Below are positions 8,565 to 18,470 of a stretch of 23,994 nt of DNA, one piece after another. The position numbers were made by a program, and so were the translations under genes. The first letter of the stretch is position 1. Each line of letters opens with the position of its first letter. Source of the DNA: Polyangiaceae bacterium. Its GTDB lineage: Bacteria; Myxococcota_A; Polyangia; Polyangiales; Polyangiaceae. The notes beneath the pieces were generated by a model. That model was not told the origin of the DNA. It ran no database searches and worked only from the letters and a program-made list of their open reading frames with translations. The stretch covers positions 1-23,994 of the forward strand of contig JBGANF010000119.1 in assembly GCA_044222475.1 (NCBI GenBank), given 5' to 3'.

Positions 8565-9702
8565 GAGCTTCCTGACCGTTCCCCGTTCGGGCTGGCGTTC
8601 GGGCTGGCGTTCGGGCTCGCGCGGCTCGACAGCAAGAGGTCGACGATTTCTCGAACCTCGAACGGCTTTCGGACGCACTCGATGCGCTCGGCCGCACCGC
8701 CCCCACCCGCGCCGCCCGTCCCCGCGAAGAGCTCGTCGGGGACTCGGTCGGTGCTGCCCGTCACGAGGACGAAGCGCGCGTCGGGCGCGGCCGCCCGGAC
8801 CCGAGCGAGCACCGCGGCCGGGTCGCGCGCGATCGGCGAGAGATCGGCGAGGACCACGTCGTGCGGCGTCTTCGCGCCGCTCGCCTTGTCGAGCGCGGCG
8901 AGCAGCTCCTCCTCGGTGCGCGTGCTGGTGACCGTCGCGCCGCGCGCTTCGAGCGCGCTCTCGAGCAGCTCGGTGACGTCGCGGTCGTCTTCGACGATGA
9001 GGACGCTGAGCCCCTCGAGGACGCGCAGCCGCGGGACCGACCGCGGGGGCGATTTCGCGATGGTCACGCGCGGCCACGTGACGCGAAAGCGCGCGCCGGA
9101 CGCAGGCGCGTCCTTCACGAGACCCACGTCGCCTCCGGCCGCCCGCGCGACCGCGCGCGCGTGACGCAGGCCGACCCCGGCGCCGCCATCGCGGGTGGTC
9201 TCGCCCTCGAAGATGCGCTCGACGCGGTCGTCCTCGACGCCGGGCCCGGCGTCGACCACGTCGATCTGGACGGCGTTGTCGAGGACGCTCGCTTCGACGC
9301 GAACCATCGATCCGCGAGGCGTGTGCGCGATCGCGTTGAGGACCAGGTTCTCCACGATGGGGGTGACGTCTTCCATCAGGGGGAGCGTCGCCGTACCAGT
9401 TTGGGACACGTCCAGGTCGATCCCGGCTCGCTCGACCTCGAGCTCGAGCGCCTCGGCGACGGTCCGCAGGACCGCCTCGAGCTCGCCGTCGCCGCTCGGC
9501 GGGACCTTCGCGCCGATCGCTCGGCGAGCGAGGTTCCGAGCTCCCCGAGCCCGTTCCTCGACGATCCGAAGGGCGTGCTTCACGTCCTCCGGTGATGCGC
9601 TCGGGTCGCGCGCTTCCGCGATCCAGCCGAGCAGCACCGTGAGCGCGTTGCTCACCTCGTGCAGCGCACCCTCGACGCTGAGGTGCGGGTCCTTCTTCGA
9701 CA

Positions 9703-9703
<1 letters not shown>
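8561..9703 (-). CDS. Hybrid histidine kinase/receiver with no N-terminal sensor domain
   Basis: H-box 'HEVSNAL' at residue 16, N-box 'NLVLNAI', G1 'DAGPGV', 'IFE', G2 'GAGVGL'; receiver 'LIVEDD...LADL...VTG...KPF'. GTG shares 1 nt with the flotillin TAG; RBS AAGGAGGAG. Confidence 0.92.
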
Positions 9704-10949
<1,246 letters not shown>

Positions 10950-10953
<4 letters not shown>

Positions 10954-12335
10954 TTGACACCGTGGCGGAGGGTGTTCGGCGGGAGATCGCCGGGTGGGAG
11001 CGCGGGGAGCGACGTCCCGGCGACGAGCGCGCGGACGTCGATGCCGAGGACGCGACCGGTGTCCTCGAGGACTTTGGCCACGCTCAGCGAGAACGCCGAC
11101 GCGACGGCGGCGAGGTTTCGTCCGTCGCCCCCGTCGACGACCTCGAGCTCGCCGATCTCGATCTGCTGCACGCGGCGAATCGCCGCGGAGACCACGGCCT
11201 CGAGCTGGGTCAGGACGTAGACCTCCTTGGCCTGCGAGCCCGCCGCGCCCCACTCCGCGAGGAGGAGCGAGAGCGCCTCGGCGGTGGCCTTTCCGTTTTC
11301 GGTCACGGGCGCCGCATCACCGCGCGCGCGCGCCGCCTGGGCGAGCGCGGCGGCCTCGGCCGGGATGACGGTCTCGACCTGCAGCGTGAGCTTCGCGAGC
11401 TCGGCGCGGAGCCCCTGGAGCTCCTGCTCGGCGATCGCGCGCGCGGTCTCGGCTGCGACCTGCGCTTCGTTCTCGACCGCGACCGCCTCGGCTTCGAGCT
11501 TGGCGATGTCGGCGCGGAAGCCGTTGCGCTTCTGGAGGACCGTCGCTTCGGCCTGCTGCTCCGCGCTCTCCGCGCGTTGACGCGCTTTGGCCTGCGCCTC
11601 GCGCACGGCCTGCTCCGCGTTGCTCTCGGCGTTCTGCCCGTCACGCAACATCGACGCGATCTGCGCGCGGCCGAGGTTCTGGAGGTACTTCTGCTCGTCG
11701 GAGACGTGCTGCACCTTGAGCACGTCGAGCTCGAGGCCGAGCTTGTCGAAGTCGTCCTTGGCGTTCTTGACGAGCGTCTCGGCGAACTTCAGCCGGTCCT
11801 CGTTGACCTCTTCGGGCGTGAGCTGCGAGAGGACCTCGCGCAGGACGCCTTCGAGCGTCTGCTTGGCGACCAACAAAATCTGGTTCGGCGGTTGGCCGAG
11901 GAAGCGCTCGACCGCCTGGTGGACGTGCCGCGGGTCGGTCGAGATCTTCACGTTCGCGATCGCGTGCACCGCCAGCGGGATGCCGCCCTTGGAGAACGCG
12001 TTCTGCACCGCGACCTCGACGCCGTAGAGCCGGACGTCCATGCGCGAGACCTCTTCGAGCATCGGCACGCGGAACGCGCGCCCGCCGTGGATCACCTTGA
12101 AGCCGACCATCGAGCCGTCGGGCAGCTTGTGCTTGCGCCCCGAGAACACGAGGATCTGATCGGGCCCGCAGATGTAGAGAAACCGCGAGAACACGAAGAG
12201 CGCGACGAACAGCGTGAAGAGCACCGCGATGGCGATGCCGAAGCTCTCGGCCATCGCTGCCGGATCGAACAGCGTGTCGTCGGCGGGGACCGGCTGAGCG
12301 AGCATGGCGATCATGGCGCCTAAGGTACCAGCCAT
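10950..12335 (-). CDS. SPFH/flotillin family protein (paralog 1)
   Basis: TM helix, 'ILVFSGR', 'GGIPLAVHAIANVKI', 'TLEGVLREVLSQLTPEEVNEDR', 'LKVQHVSD'; exact start uncertain (several in-frame ATGs). Confidence 0.93.
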
Positions 12336-12340
12336 CTCAC

Positions 12341-12886
12341 CTAGGGCTTCAACTCTTTCGGCGCCCGGCTGACGACGAGCGTTCCGTCCTCGACCTCCTC
12401 GACGACGACGGTTTCACCCTCGTCGAGCGGCTCGCTCGACTTGACGACGTAGTCGACGTACGAGGCCTTCACGCGCAGCCGTGCCTTCCCTACCCCGGTG
12501 GCGGACGACGGGACGACGATCCGTCCGATGAGGCCCACGAGATCGCTCTCCTCGGCGTGGCTCGTCGCTCCGCGGTGCATCAGGCGCTGCACGACCGACG
12601 CGGCGATGAAGCCGGAGACGACGGCGAAACCCGACGCGATCGCGAGCGCGGTCCACGGACCGGCGAACCCGAACAGAAGGAGGAGCGTCCCGACGAGCCC
12701 GAACGCGAGCAGCGCGAACGCCCAGAAGCGCAGGCTCGCGACGACCATCAGCGGCGAGCCGTGGTCCCCGTGGACATCGTCCCCGTGCACGTCGCCGCCG
12801 TGCACGTCGCCGTCGTGTCCGCCGAAGGCCTGGAGCGCGAGCGCGCCGAGCCCCACGATCAACGCTCCGAGGAAGATGGCGAGCAC
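12341..12886 (-). CDS. NfeD-like (YqiJ-type) membrane protein with C-terminal OB fold
   Basis: Three hydrophobic helices, His/Asp/Gly-rich loop (GHDGDVHGGDVHGDDVHGDHG), 'LVG..G..V', 'L..GETVVVEEVEDGTLVVS'; directly upstream of SPFH genes. Confidence 0.85.
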   Translation of the reverse strand: MLAIFLGALIVGLGALALQAFGGHDGDVHGGDVHGDDVHGDHGSPLMVVASLRFWAFALLAFGLVGTLLLLFGFAGPWTALAIASGFAVVSGFIAASVVQRLMHRGATSHAEESDLVGLIGRIVVPSSATGVGKARLRVKASYVDYVVKSSEPLDEGETVVVEEVEDGTLVVSRAPKELKP

Positions 12887-12949
12887 GCCTCAATCTTAGA
12901 TCATCGGGACGACCCTCGGTGCGAATCCCGACGCGCACCTCCCCCAGGG

Positions 12950-14257
12950 TCAGTCTTCGATGACGCTCGCGCCGTCGGCTTCGTTCTTGAGGACCTCGAG
13001 CGCGCGCATGGCGGCGTCGAGGGTGATGTTGCGCGCTTCGACGATCATCGTCGCCACGCGCTCGACGAGCGGGCCCTCGGCGCCGGCCGCGACGGCGACC
13101 GACCGCGCGTGGAGCGCCATGTGACCGCGTTGGATGCCGTCAGTCGCGAGAGCGCGCACGGCGGCGAGGTTCGACGCGAGGCCGACGCACGCGGCGATGC
13201 CGGCGAGCTCCTGCGCGTTCTGCACGCAGAGGATGCGGAGCGAGAGACGCGCAGCCGGGTGGACGCGGAGCGTGCCCCCCACCGTACCGAGCGCCATCGG
13301 CACCTCGAGGCTGCCGACGAGATCGTCCCCGTCGCGGCGCCAGGTGGCGAGCGGCGCGTAGTGACCCGAGCGGGCCGCGAACGCGTGCGCGCCGGCTTCG
13401 ACCGCGCGCCAATCGTTTCCGGTGGCGATCACGACGGCGTCGATGCCGTTCATGATGCCCTTGTTGTGGGTCGCCGCGCGGTACGGATCGAGCTCGGCGA
13501 AGCGCGACGCGTTGACGATGCCCTCGATGACGTCGATGCCGTCCATGTCGTCGGTGGCGAGCGCGTCCGCCGGCACGCGGCAGCGCACGCGCACGCAGCG
13601 CCGATCGGCGAGGTTCGAGAGGATGCGCAGACCGACCCGACCGTCGGCGAGGGCCGCGAGGCGGTCGGCGACCGACTCGGCGATGCTGTTGACGAGGTTC
13701 GCCCCCATCGCGTCGCGGCAGTCCACGATGACGTGGACGACGATCATCTGGTCCTCTTCGTAGCCGAGGATCCGCACTTCGAGCTCGCGCGCTCCGCCGC
13801 CACGCTCGACGAGGCCGGGCACGGCGCGGTTGGCGCTCGCGAGGATCTCGTCCTTCGCGCGCAAGATGCGCTGGCGTGCGCCTTCGCGATCCTTCACGTG
13901 GGTGAGCTGGATCTGCGAGATCATGAGCGGGTCGTCGTGCTCGACCTGGAATCCGCCGCCAGTGCGGACCATCTTGGCCGCGTTCGAAGCAGCGGCGACG
14001 ACGCTCGGCTCTTCGACGACCATCGGCACGACGTGATCGTGTCCGTTGACCCGCACGTTGAGGGCGACGCCGTACGGGAGGGCGTACGTGCCGAGGACGT
14101 TCTCGACGAACTTGTCGGCCGTCTCCTCGTCGAGGCCGCCGTTCTCGAGCGAGCGCTCCACGTCGGCGACTTCGATGCCCGTGGCTTCGCTCACGAGCTG
14201 ACGGCGCTCGTCGATGTTGATCTTGTAGAACCCGGGAAAGCGTGACGTTCGTGCCAT
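12950..14257 (-). CDS. mvaA: Class II hydroxymethylglutaryl-CoA reductase
   Basis: 'ENVLG', 'EEPSVVAAAS', 'DAMGAN', 'ILSN', 'THNKGIMNG', 'TGNDWRA', 'GIQRGHMALH'. Confidence 0.96.
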   Translation of the reverse strand: MARTSRFPGFYKINIDERRQLVSEATGIEVADVERSLENGGLDEETADKFVENVLGTYALPYGVALNVRVNGHDHVVPMVVEEPSVVAAASNAAKMVRTGGGFQVEHDDPLMISQIQLTHVKDREGARQRILRAKDEILASANRAVPGLVERGGGARELEVRILGYEEDQMIVVHVIVDCRDAMGANLVNSIAESVADRLAALADGRVGLRILSNLADRRCVRVRCRVPADALATDDMDGIDVIEGIVNASRFAELDPYRAATHNKGIMNGIDAVVIATGNDWRAVEAGAHAFAARSGHYAPLATWRRDGDDLVGSLEVPMALGTVGGTLRVHPAARLSLRILCVQNAQELAGIAACVGLASNLAAVRALATDGIQRGHMALHARSVAVAAGAEGPLVERVATMIVEARNITLDAAMRALEVLKNEADGASVIED

Positions 14258-14259
14258 GA

Positions 14260-15144
14260 CTACTGCCTGCTTACTCCTACCTCATCGATGCCGAGGGTGA
14301 GCCTTTTCCACCGGAACCGGTCGATTTCGTCCTTGAACGGTCGCGCCGCTTCGCCGAGCCCCACGTGGACGAACACGTCCCCGCCACCCGCGCCGGATGG
14401 AAGAAACACGGAGCCGGCCCGTTCCGCAAGCGCATCGAGCTTCGCAGCGTCCTCCGGGACGATGGGGGCGCCGGAGGCCTTTGCCAAGGCCTTCAAACCG
14501 GTCAGTGCGTAACGGCATTCGCGGAGGAAGCCAGGCACGTCCGCCTCCGCGATGGCGCTCGCGGCGGATTCGGCGGCGCGCGCGAGCTCGGCGAAGATCG
14601 CGCGATGGAGCTCCGGGTCGCGTGTTCGAAGCGCGTCGACCTGGGCGCGCATCGTCGACGTCCGCGCGCTCCGCCCGGCGTAGTAGGCCTCGAAGACGAA
14701 CCCCGGCGGTACCACCATGGGACGAGCCTCGCCGGAGACGCGGTACGCGAGGAGGCCTCCGTACACGCTCGCGGCGATGTCGACGCCGCTGCCACCGCCT
14801 TGAACCTTCGCGTGGGCCTCGCGAGCGCGGTCGAAGATCGCGCGCCGCACGTCGGGCGTGGCGAGGTCCTTCCCCGCCGCGGCGGCTTCGGCCCCGAGCG
14901 CTGCGACCAGCGCCGCCGCGCTCGAGCCGAGGCCCAGCTTTTCGCCCGGGACGTCGTACAGCGCCGAGGTGTCGACGCGCGGCGCGCGCGTCATCGCGGC
15001 GGCGATCTCGGCCGAGGGCGACGGGTCGACCTCGGAGTCGTCGGCCACGGCGTAGCGGTCGACCGCGAGGACGAGCGCCGGCGCGCCCTCGAGGACGACG
15101 TACGAGCCGGTGAGCATGAGCTTCCCGGGCGCGCGCGCTCTCAC
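14260..15144 (-). CDS. Phosphomevalonate kinase (GHMP kinase)
   Basis: 'APGKLMLTGSYVVLEG', 'KLGLGSSAA', 'QGGGSGVDIAASVYGG', 'PSGAGGGD'; GTGA overlap with the mvaD stop; operon context. Confidence 0.85.
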   Translation of the reverse strand: MRARAPGKLMLTGSYVVLEGAPALVLAVDRYAVADDSEVDPSPSAEIAAAMTRAPRVDTSALYDVPGEKLGLGSSAAALVAALGAEAAAAGKDLATPDVRRAIFDRAREAHAKVQGGGSGVDIAASVYGGLLAYRVSGEARPMVVPPGFVFEAYYAGRSARTSTMRAQVDALRTRDPELHRAIFAELARAAESAASAIAEADVPGFLRECRYALTGLKALAKASGAPIVPEDAAKLDALAERAGSVFLPSGAGGGDVFVHVGLGEAARPFKDEIDRFRWKRLTLGIDEVGVSRQ

Positions 15145-16139
15145 GACGCGGGGCCTTCCGCTTTCGTGACCGTGGCGCCGCCGCCGGGGCGGGCCTCGAT
15201 GATGCGGAGCACGCCCGGCGTGTCGCGGAGGTGCGCGATCGCGGCCGGCGCGTCGCTCGTGGCGACGAAGACCTTCACGTGAGGCCCGGCGTCCATCGTG
15301 GCCCACGCGCCGACGCCGCGCGCGCGAAGCGCGGCGACCTCGTCGAGGACGGCGAGCGTCGCGGGGCGCATGTAGCGCACCCCGGCGGCGAACGCCGAGG
15401 CGTGCATCGCGAACGTGCTGCGCTCCATGAGCTCGCCGACTTTGGCGACGTCTCTCGCGACGAGCGCGCGCTCGAGCTCGTCGGTGACGCGGGGAGCGTC
15501 GTCGACCCAGGCGGCGTAGAACGGGCTCGTCTTGGCGGTGATGTTCATCCCATTTCGGGACGACACGTCCTTCTCCGCCTCGCTCGTGACGCAGACGAGC
15601 ACGCGGACGTCGATGTGATCGGGCGGCGCGATTGGGCGCGCGGCGAGGATCTCGCTGGCGTCGCCGCTCGGCTTGCCGGCGTCGAGGCGGACGAAGCCAC
15701 CGAAGAGGCTCCGCGCCGCGCTGGCCGAGCTCCGACGCGCGGCGTCGCTGATGCGGTCGATCTCCCACGGGGCGACCAGGGCGGTCGCGGCGGCGAGCGC
15801 GAGGGCAGCGAACCCGGACGCGCTCGACGCAAGGCCGCTCGCGGTGGGGAAATCGTTGACGCTCTCGACGCGGGCGCGGAGCGAAAGGTTGCACTCTGCA
15901 CGCACTCGATCGAGGAGCTCCGACGCGCGAGCGAGCGGCTCGCCGGCCGCGACCTTTCCGTTGAGCACGAGCTCGTCGGCGGCGAGTGCGGCGTCGAAGC
16001 GCACCGTGGTCTTGGTGCTCATCCCCGCGAGGGTGACCGACACGCTCGGCACCGCCGGGTAGTTGCCTGGACGCTCGCGCTTGCCCCAGTATTTCGCGAG
16101 CGCGATGTTGGGATGCGCGACCGCAGTCGCCACCCTCAT
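15141..16139 (-). CDS. mvaD: Diphosphomevalonate decarboxylase
   Basis: 'HPNIALAKYWGK', 'NDFPTASGLASSASG', 'SAARSLFGGF', 'TMDAGPHVK'; ATGA overlap with the mvk stop. Confidence 0.95.
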   Translation of the reverse strand: MRVATAVAHPNIALAKYWGKRERPGNYPAVPSVSVTLAGMSTKTTVRFDAALAADELVLNGKVAAGEPLARASELLDRVRAECNLSLRARVESVNDFPTASGLASSASGFAALALAAATALVAPWEIDRISDAARRSSASAARSLFGGFVRLDAGKPSGDASEILAARPIAPPDHIDVRVLVCVTSEAEKDVSSRNGMNITAKTSPFYAAWVDDAPRVTDELERALVARDVAKVGELMERSTFAMHASAFAAGVRYMRPATLAVLDEVAALRARGVGAWATMDAGPHVKVFVATSDAPAAIAHLRDTPGVLRIIEARPGGGATVTKAEGPAS

Positions 16140-17116
16140 GGCGTCGACGCGCCGCCAGACGCGACGAAGCGCACGACCCGCGTCCCGGTGGCCGCGCCGC
16201 GAGTCTCGGTCGCGAAGCTTTCGAAGCCGGCTTCGCGCCACACCGCGCACACCGCCTCGGCCGCGGAGCGGCTCTCGGTCAGGGCGACGACGCAACCGCC
16301 GCCGCCGGCTCCGGTGAGCTTCGCGCCGAGGGCGCCCGCGTCTCGACCGAGACGGCACATCTTCTCGATCTCCTCGGTCGACAGCATGAGGCCGGAGAGG
16401 AGCATCTGGTTCAGATCCATGAACTTGCCGAGCGCGGCTCGATCGCCGCACTCGATCGCGAGGCGCGCGTTGCCGACGAGGCTCGCGATCGCGTCGAACG
16501 TCTTCTGAACCTGCTCGGGCCGACGATCGCGCTGGCGCGCCACCGACTCGACCATCGACCGCGTGCTCGAGGCGATGCCCGAGTGGCCGATCGCGAAATG
16601 AAGCGGCGCGCGGACGGCGAGCGTCTCGATCGGTTGCCCCTTCTCGAAGCGCACCGACCCGCCGAGGGTCGCGACTGCGGCGTCGACGCCGGACGGGTTT
16701 CCGTGGAACACGCGCTCCCACGCCATCGCGCACTCGAGCGTTTGCTCGTCGGTCGCGCCGGGGATGACGGCGCGCGCGACCGCGACGCCGAGCGCCGCGG
16801 AGCAACCGAGGCCGCCGCCGGGCGGGAGATCGGCCTGGGCCTCGACGACGATGGGACCGGTGACCTTCGCAGCGGCGAGGAGCGAGGCAAACGCGCGCGC
16901 GAGGTCGCGCGTCTCGTCGCTGGCGTCGACCTCGGCGCCCCAGGTGGTGACGCGGAGGCGCTGGCGCCCGCCCGCGTCGCTGGAGCCGACGCTCGCCTGA
17001 GCCGACGCGCCGCGGTCGATGCCGACGGCGATCGCCGGAACGCCATAGACCACGGCGTGCTCGCCGAGGAGGATCACTTTGCCCGATGCACGCCCGACCG
17101 ATGGATTCATCATCAT
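16136..17116 (-). CDS. mvk: Mevalonate kinase
   Basis: 'GKVILLGEHAVVYG', 'PPGGGLGCSAA', 'HGNPSGVD', 'AKLTGAGGGG'; ATGA overlap with the prenyltransferase stop. Confidence 0.95.
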   Translation of the reverse strand: MMMNPSVGRASGKVILLGEHAVVYGVPAIAVGIDRGASAQASVGSSDAGGRQRLRVTTWGAEVDASDETRDLARAFASLLAAAKVTGPIVVEAQADLPPGGGLGCSAALGVAVARAVIPGATDEQTLECAMAWERVFHGNPSGVDAAVATLGGSVRFEKGQPIETLAVRAPLHFAIGHSGIASSTRSMVESVARQRDRRPEQVQKTFDAIASLVGNARLAIECGDRAALGKFMDLNQMLLSGLMLSTEEIEKMCRLGRDAGALGAKLTGAGGGGCVVALTESRSAAEAVCAVWREAGFESFATETRGAATGTRVVRFVASGGASTP

Positions 17117-18186
17117 GTATCGCGGCTGCCGAGCGCCGCCACGGCGCCCATTAGCACGGCTTTCCCCTCCGCTTGAAGCGGAAGACGCCCCAACCGCTCC
17201 CTCGACTCGTCGAGGAGCTTCCCGATCCGCGCTTCGACGCGGCCTTTCGCCCCCGAGTCGACCATGCGGCGAACGACCGCCGCGACCTCTTCGTCGGGCG
17301 CGTCGGCCACGCCGAGGACGCGCGGGAGCATGCGCGCGGCCTCGCGATCCTTCTCGAGCTCGATGATCAGCGCGGTGCGCTTCCCTTCGCGCAGATCGCT
17401 GCTCGCCGGTTTGCCGGTCTTGGCCGGATCGCCGAACGTGCCGAGCAGGTCGTCGCGGAGCTGGAACGCGATGCCGAGGGGATCGGCGACGTCGGCGAGG
17501 CCCGCGCGGATCTCCTTCGAAGCGCCGGCGAGGCACGCGCCGATGAGCATGGGCCCGCGCACGGTGTAGCTCCCGGTCTTGAGGCGGTGCATCGCCTCGA
17601 CTGCGGCCTCGGTGGTGGCCGCGTGACGGACGTCCATGATCTGCCCGAGGACGACGTCGCACTGGGCGCGGCCGAACTCGCGGATGGCCTCGATCAGGCG
17701 CACCGACGGGACGTTCATCCCGGCGAGCACGTCGAGCGCGAGGCTCGAGCCGAAATCGCCAGCCAGGATCGCACCGGCGTCGCCCTGCTGGGTCGAGCCG
17801 AAGCGCTCGCGAAGCAGCGCGTGGGCGCTCGGCCCACCGCGGCGAACGTCGTCGCCGTCCATCCAGTCGTCGTGGACGAGGAGGTAGGCCTGGAGGATCT
17901 CGAGGGCCACGCCCGCATCCACGACGGCGACGCTTCCACCTTCGCCGCCACACGCCTCGTAGGCCCCAGCCAGGAGAACGGCGCGGAGACGCTTTCCGCC
18001 GCGCACCGCGAGCTGCCGCAGCGAGTCGATGACCTGCACGACGTCGGGGGCCAGTGTCTCGGCCACCGCGATGCGCTGCTCGAGCACCTCGGCGAGGCGG
18101 CGGTCGACGTCGCGACGCACGGTGCGCGCGTACGCCACGAACGAGTCGTCGGTCGAGGTCGGGGTGGTCGTGCTCATGGTCTGCAT
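17113..18186 (-). CDS. Short-chain trans-polyprenyl diphosphate synthase (FPP/GGPP synthase)
   Basis: 'GGKRLR', FARM 'AYLLVHDDWMDGDDVRRG', 'GQIMD', 'KTGSYT', 'AFQLRDDLLG', 'DLREGKRT'; GGAGG 6 nt upstream of ATG 18186. Confidence 0.93.
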   Translation of the reverse strand: MQTMSTTTPTSTDDSFVAYARTVRRDVDRRLAEVLEQRIAVAETLAPDVVQVIDSLRQLAVRGGKRLRAVLLAGAYEACGGEGGSVAVVDAGVALEILQAYLLVHDDWMDGDDVRRGGPSAHALLRERFGSTQQGDAGAILAGDFGSSLALDVLAGMNVPSVRLIEAIREFGRAQCDVVLGQIMDVRHAATTEAAVEAMHRLKTGSYTVRGPMLIGACLAGASKEIRAGLADVADPLGIAFQLRDDLLGTFGDPAKTGKPASSDLREGKRTALIIELEKDREAARMLPRVLGVADAPDEEVAAVVRRMVDSGAKGRVEARIGKLLDESRERLGRLPLQAEGKAVLMGAVAALGSRDT

Positions 18187-18363
18187 GCGGTGCCTCCGCA
18201 GCATGGATGCGCGGCGAACGGTCCGGCACCGCATTCCCGACGTAGTCCGAGCAAGGCTGAGCGTTTTTGCACGATTTGGACCTAAAGCCGGGCGCACCAT
18301 AGCAGAACGGGGGACCCACCGGCAGGCCCCTAGTCGGACGAGTGAGGTCCTGCTACCACGACG

Positions 18364-18392
18364 AGATTAGGAACCGCCCTGGCCCGTGTCAA
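18364..18392 (-). promoter_or_regulatory. Putative sigma70 promoter for the mevalonate operon
   Basis: Perfect TTGACA (18392-18387), 17-nt spacer, TAATCT (18369-18364). Confidence 0.6.
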
Positions 18393-18470
18393 CGACCGAG
18401 GCCGCCGTTTTTTTCTGAAAAACTAAGTAGTTTCACTTTTCATTGAGCGATTTGAACAAGGAGCACGTGG

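Noticed and set aside
8584..8618. 12-bp tandem CGTTCGGGCTGG repeat
   Set aside because: In-frame ASPN repeat in the unstructured kinase tail; probably neutral slippage.
14260..18319. Apparent long N-terminal extensions or fusions of PMK, MvaD and Mvk in the ORF track
   Set aside because: Extensions are Arg-rich off-frame reads of the upstream gene; conserved motifs begin right at the ATGA/GTGA overlap starts.
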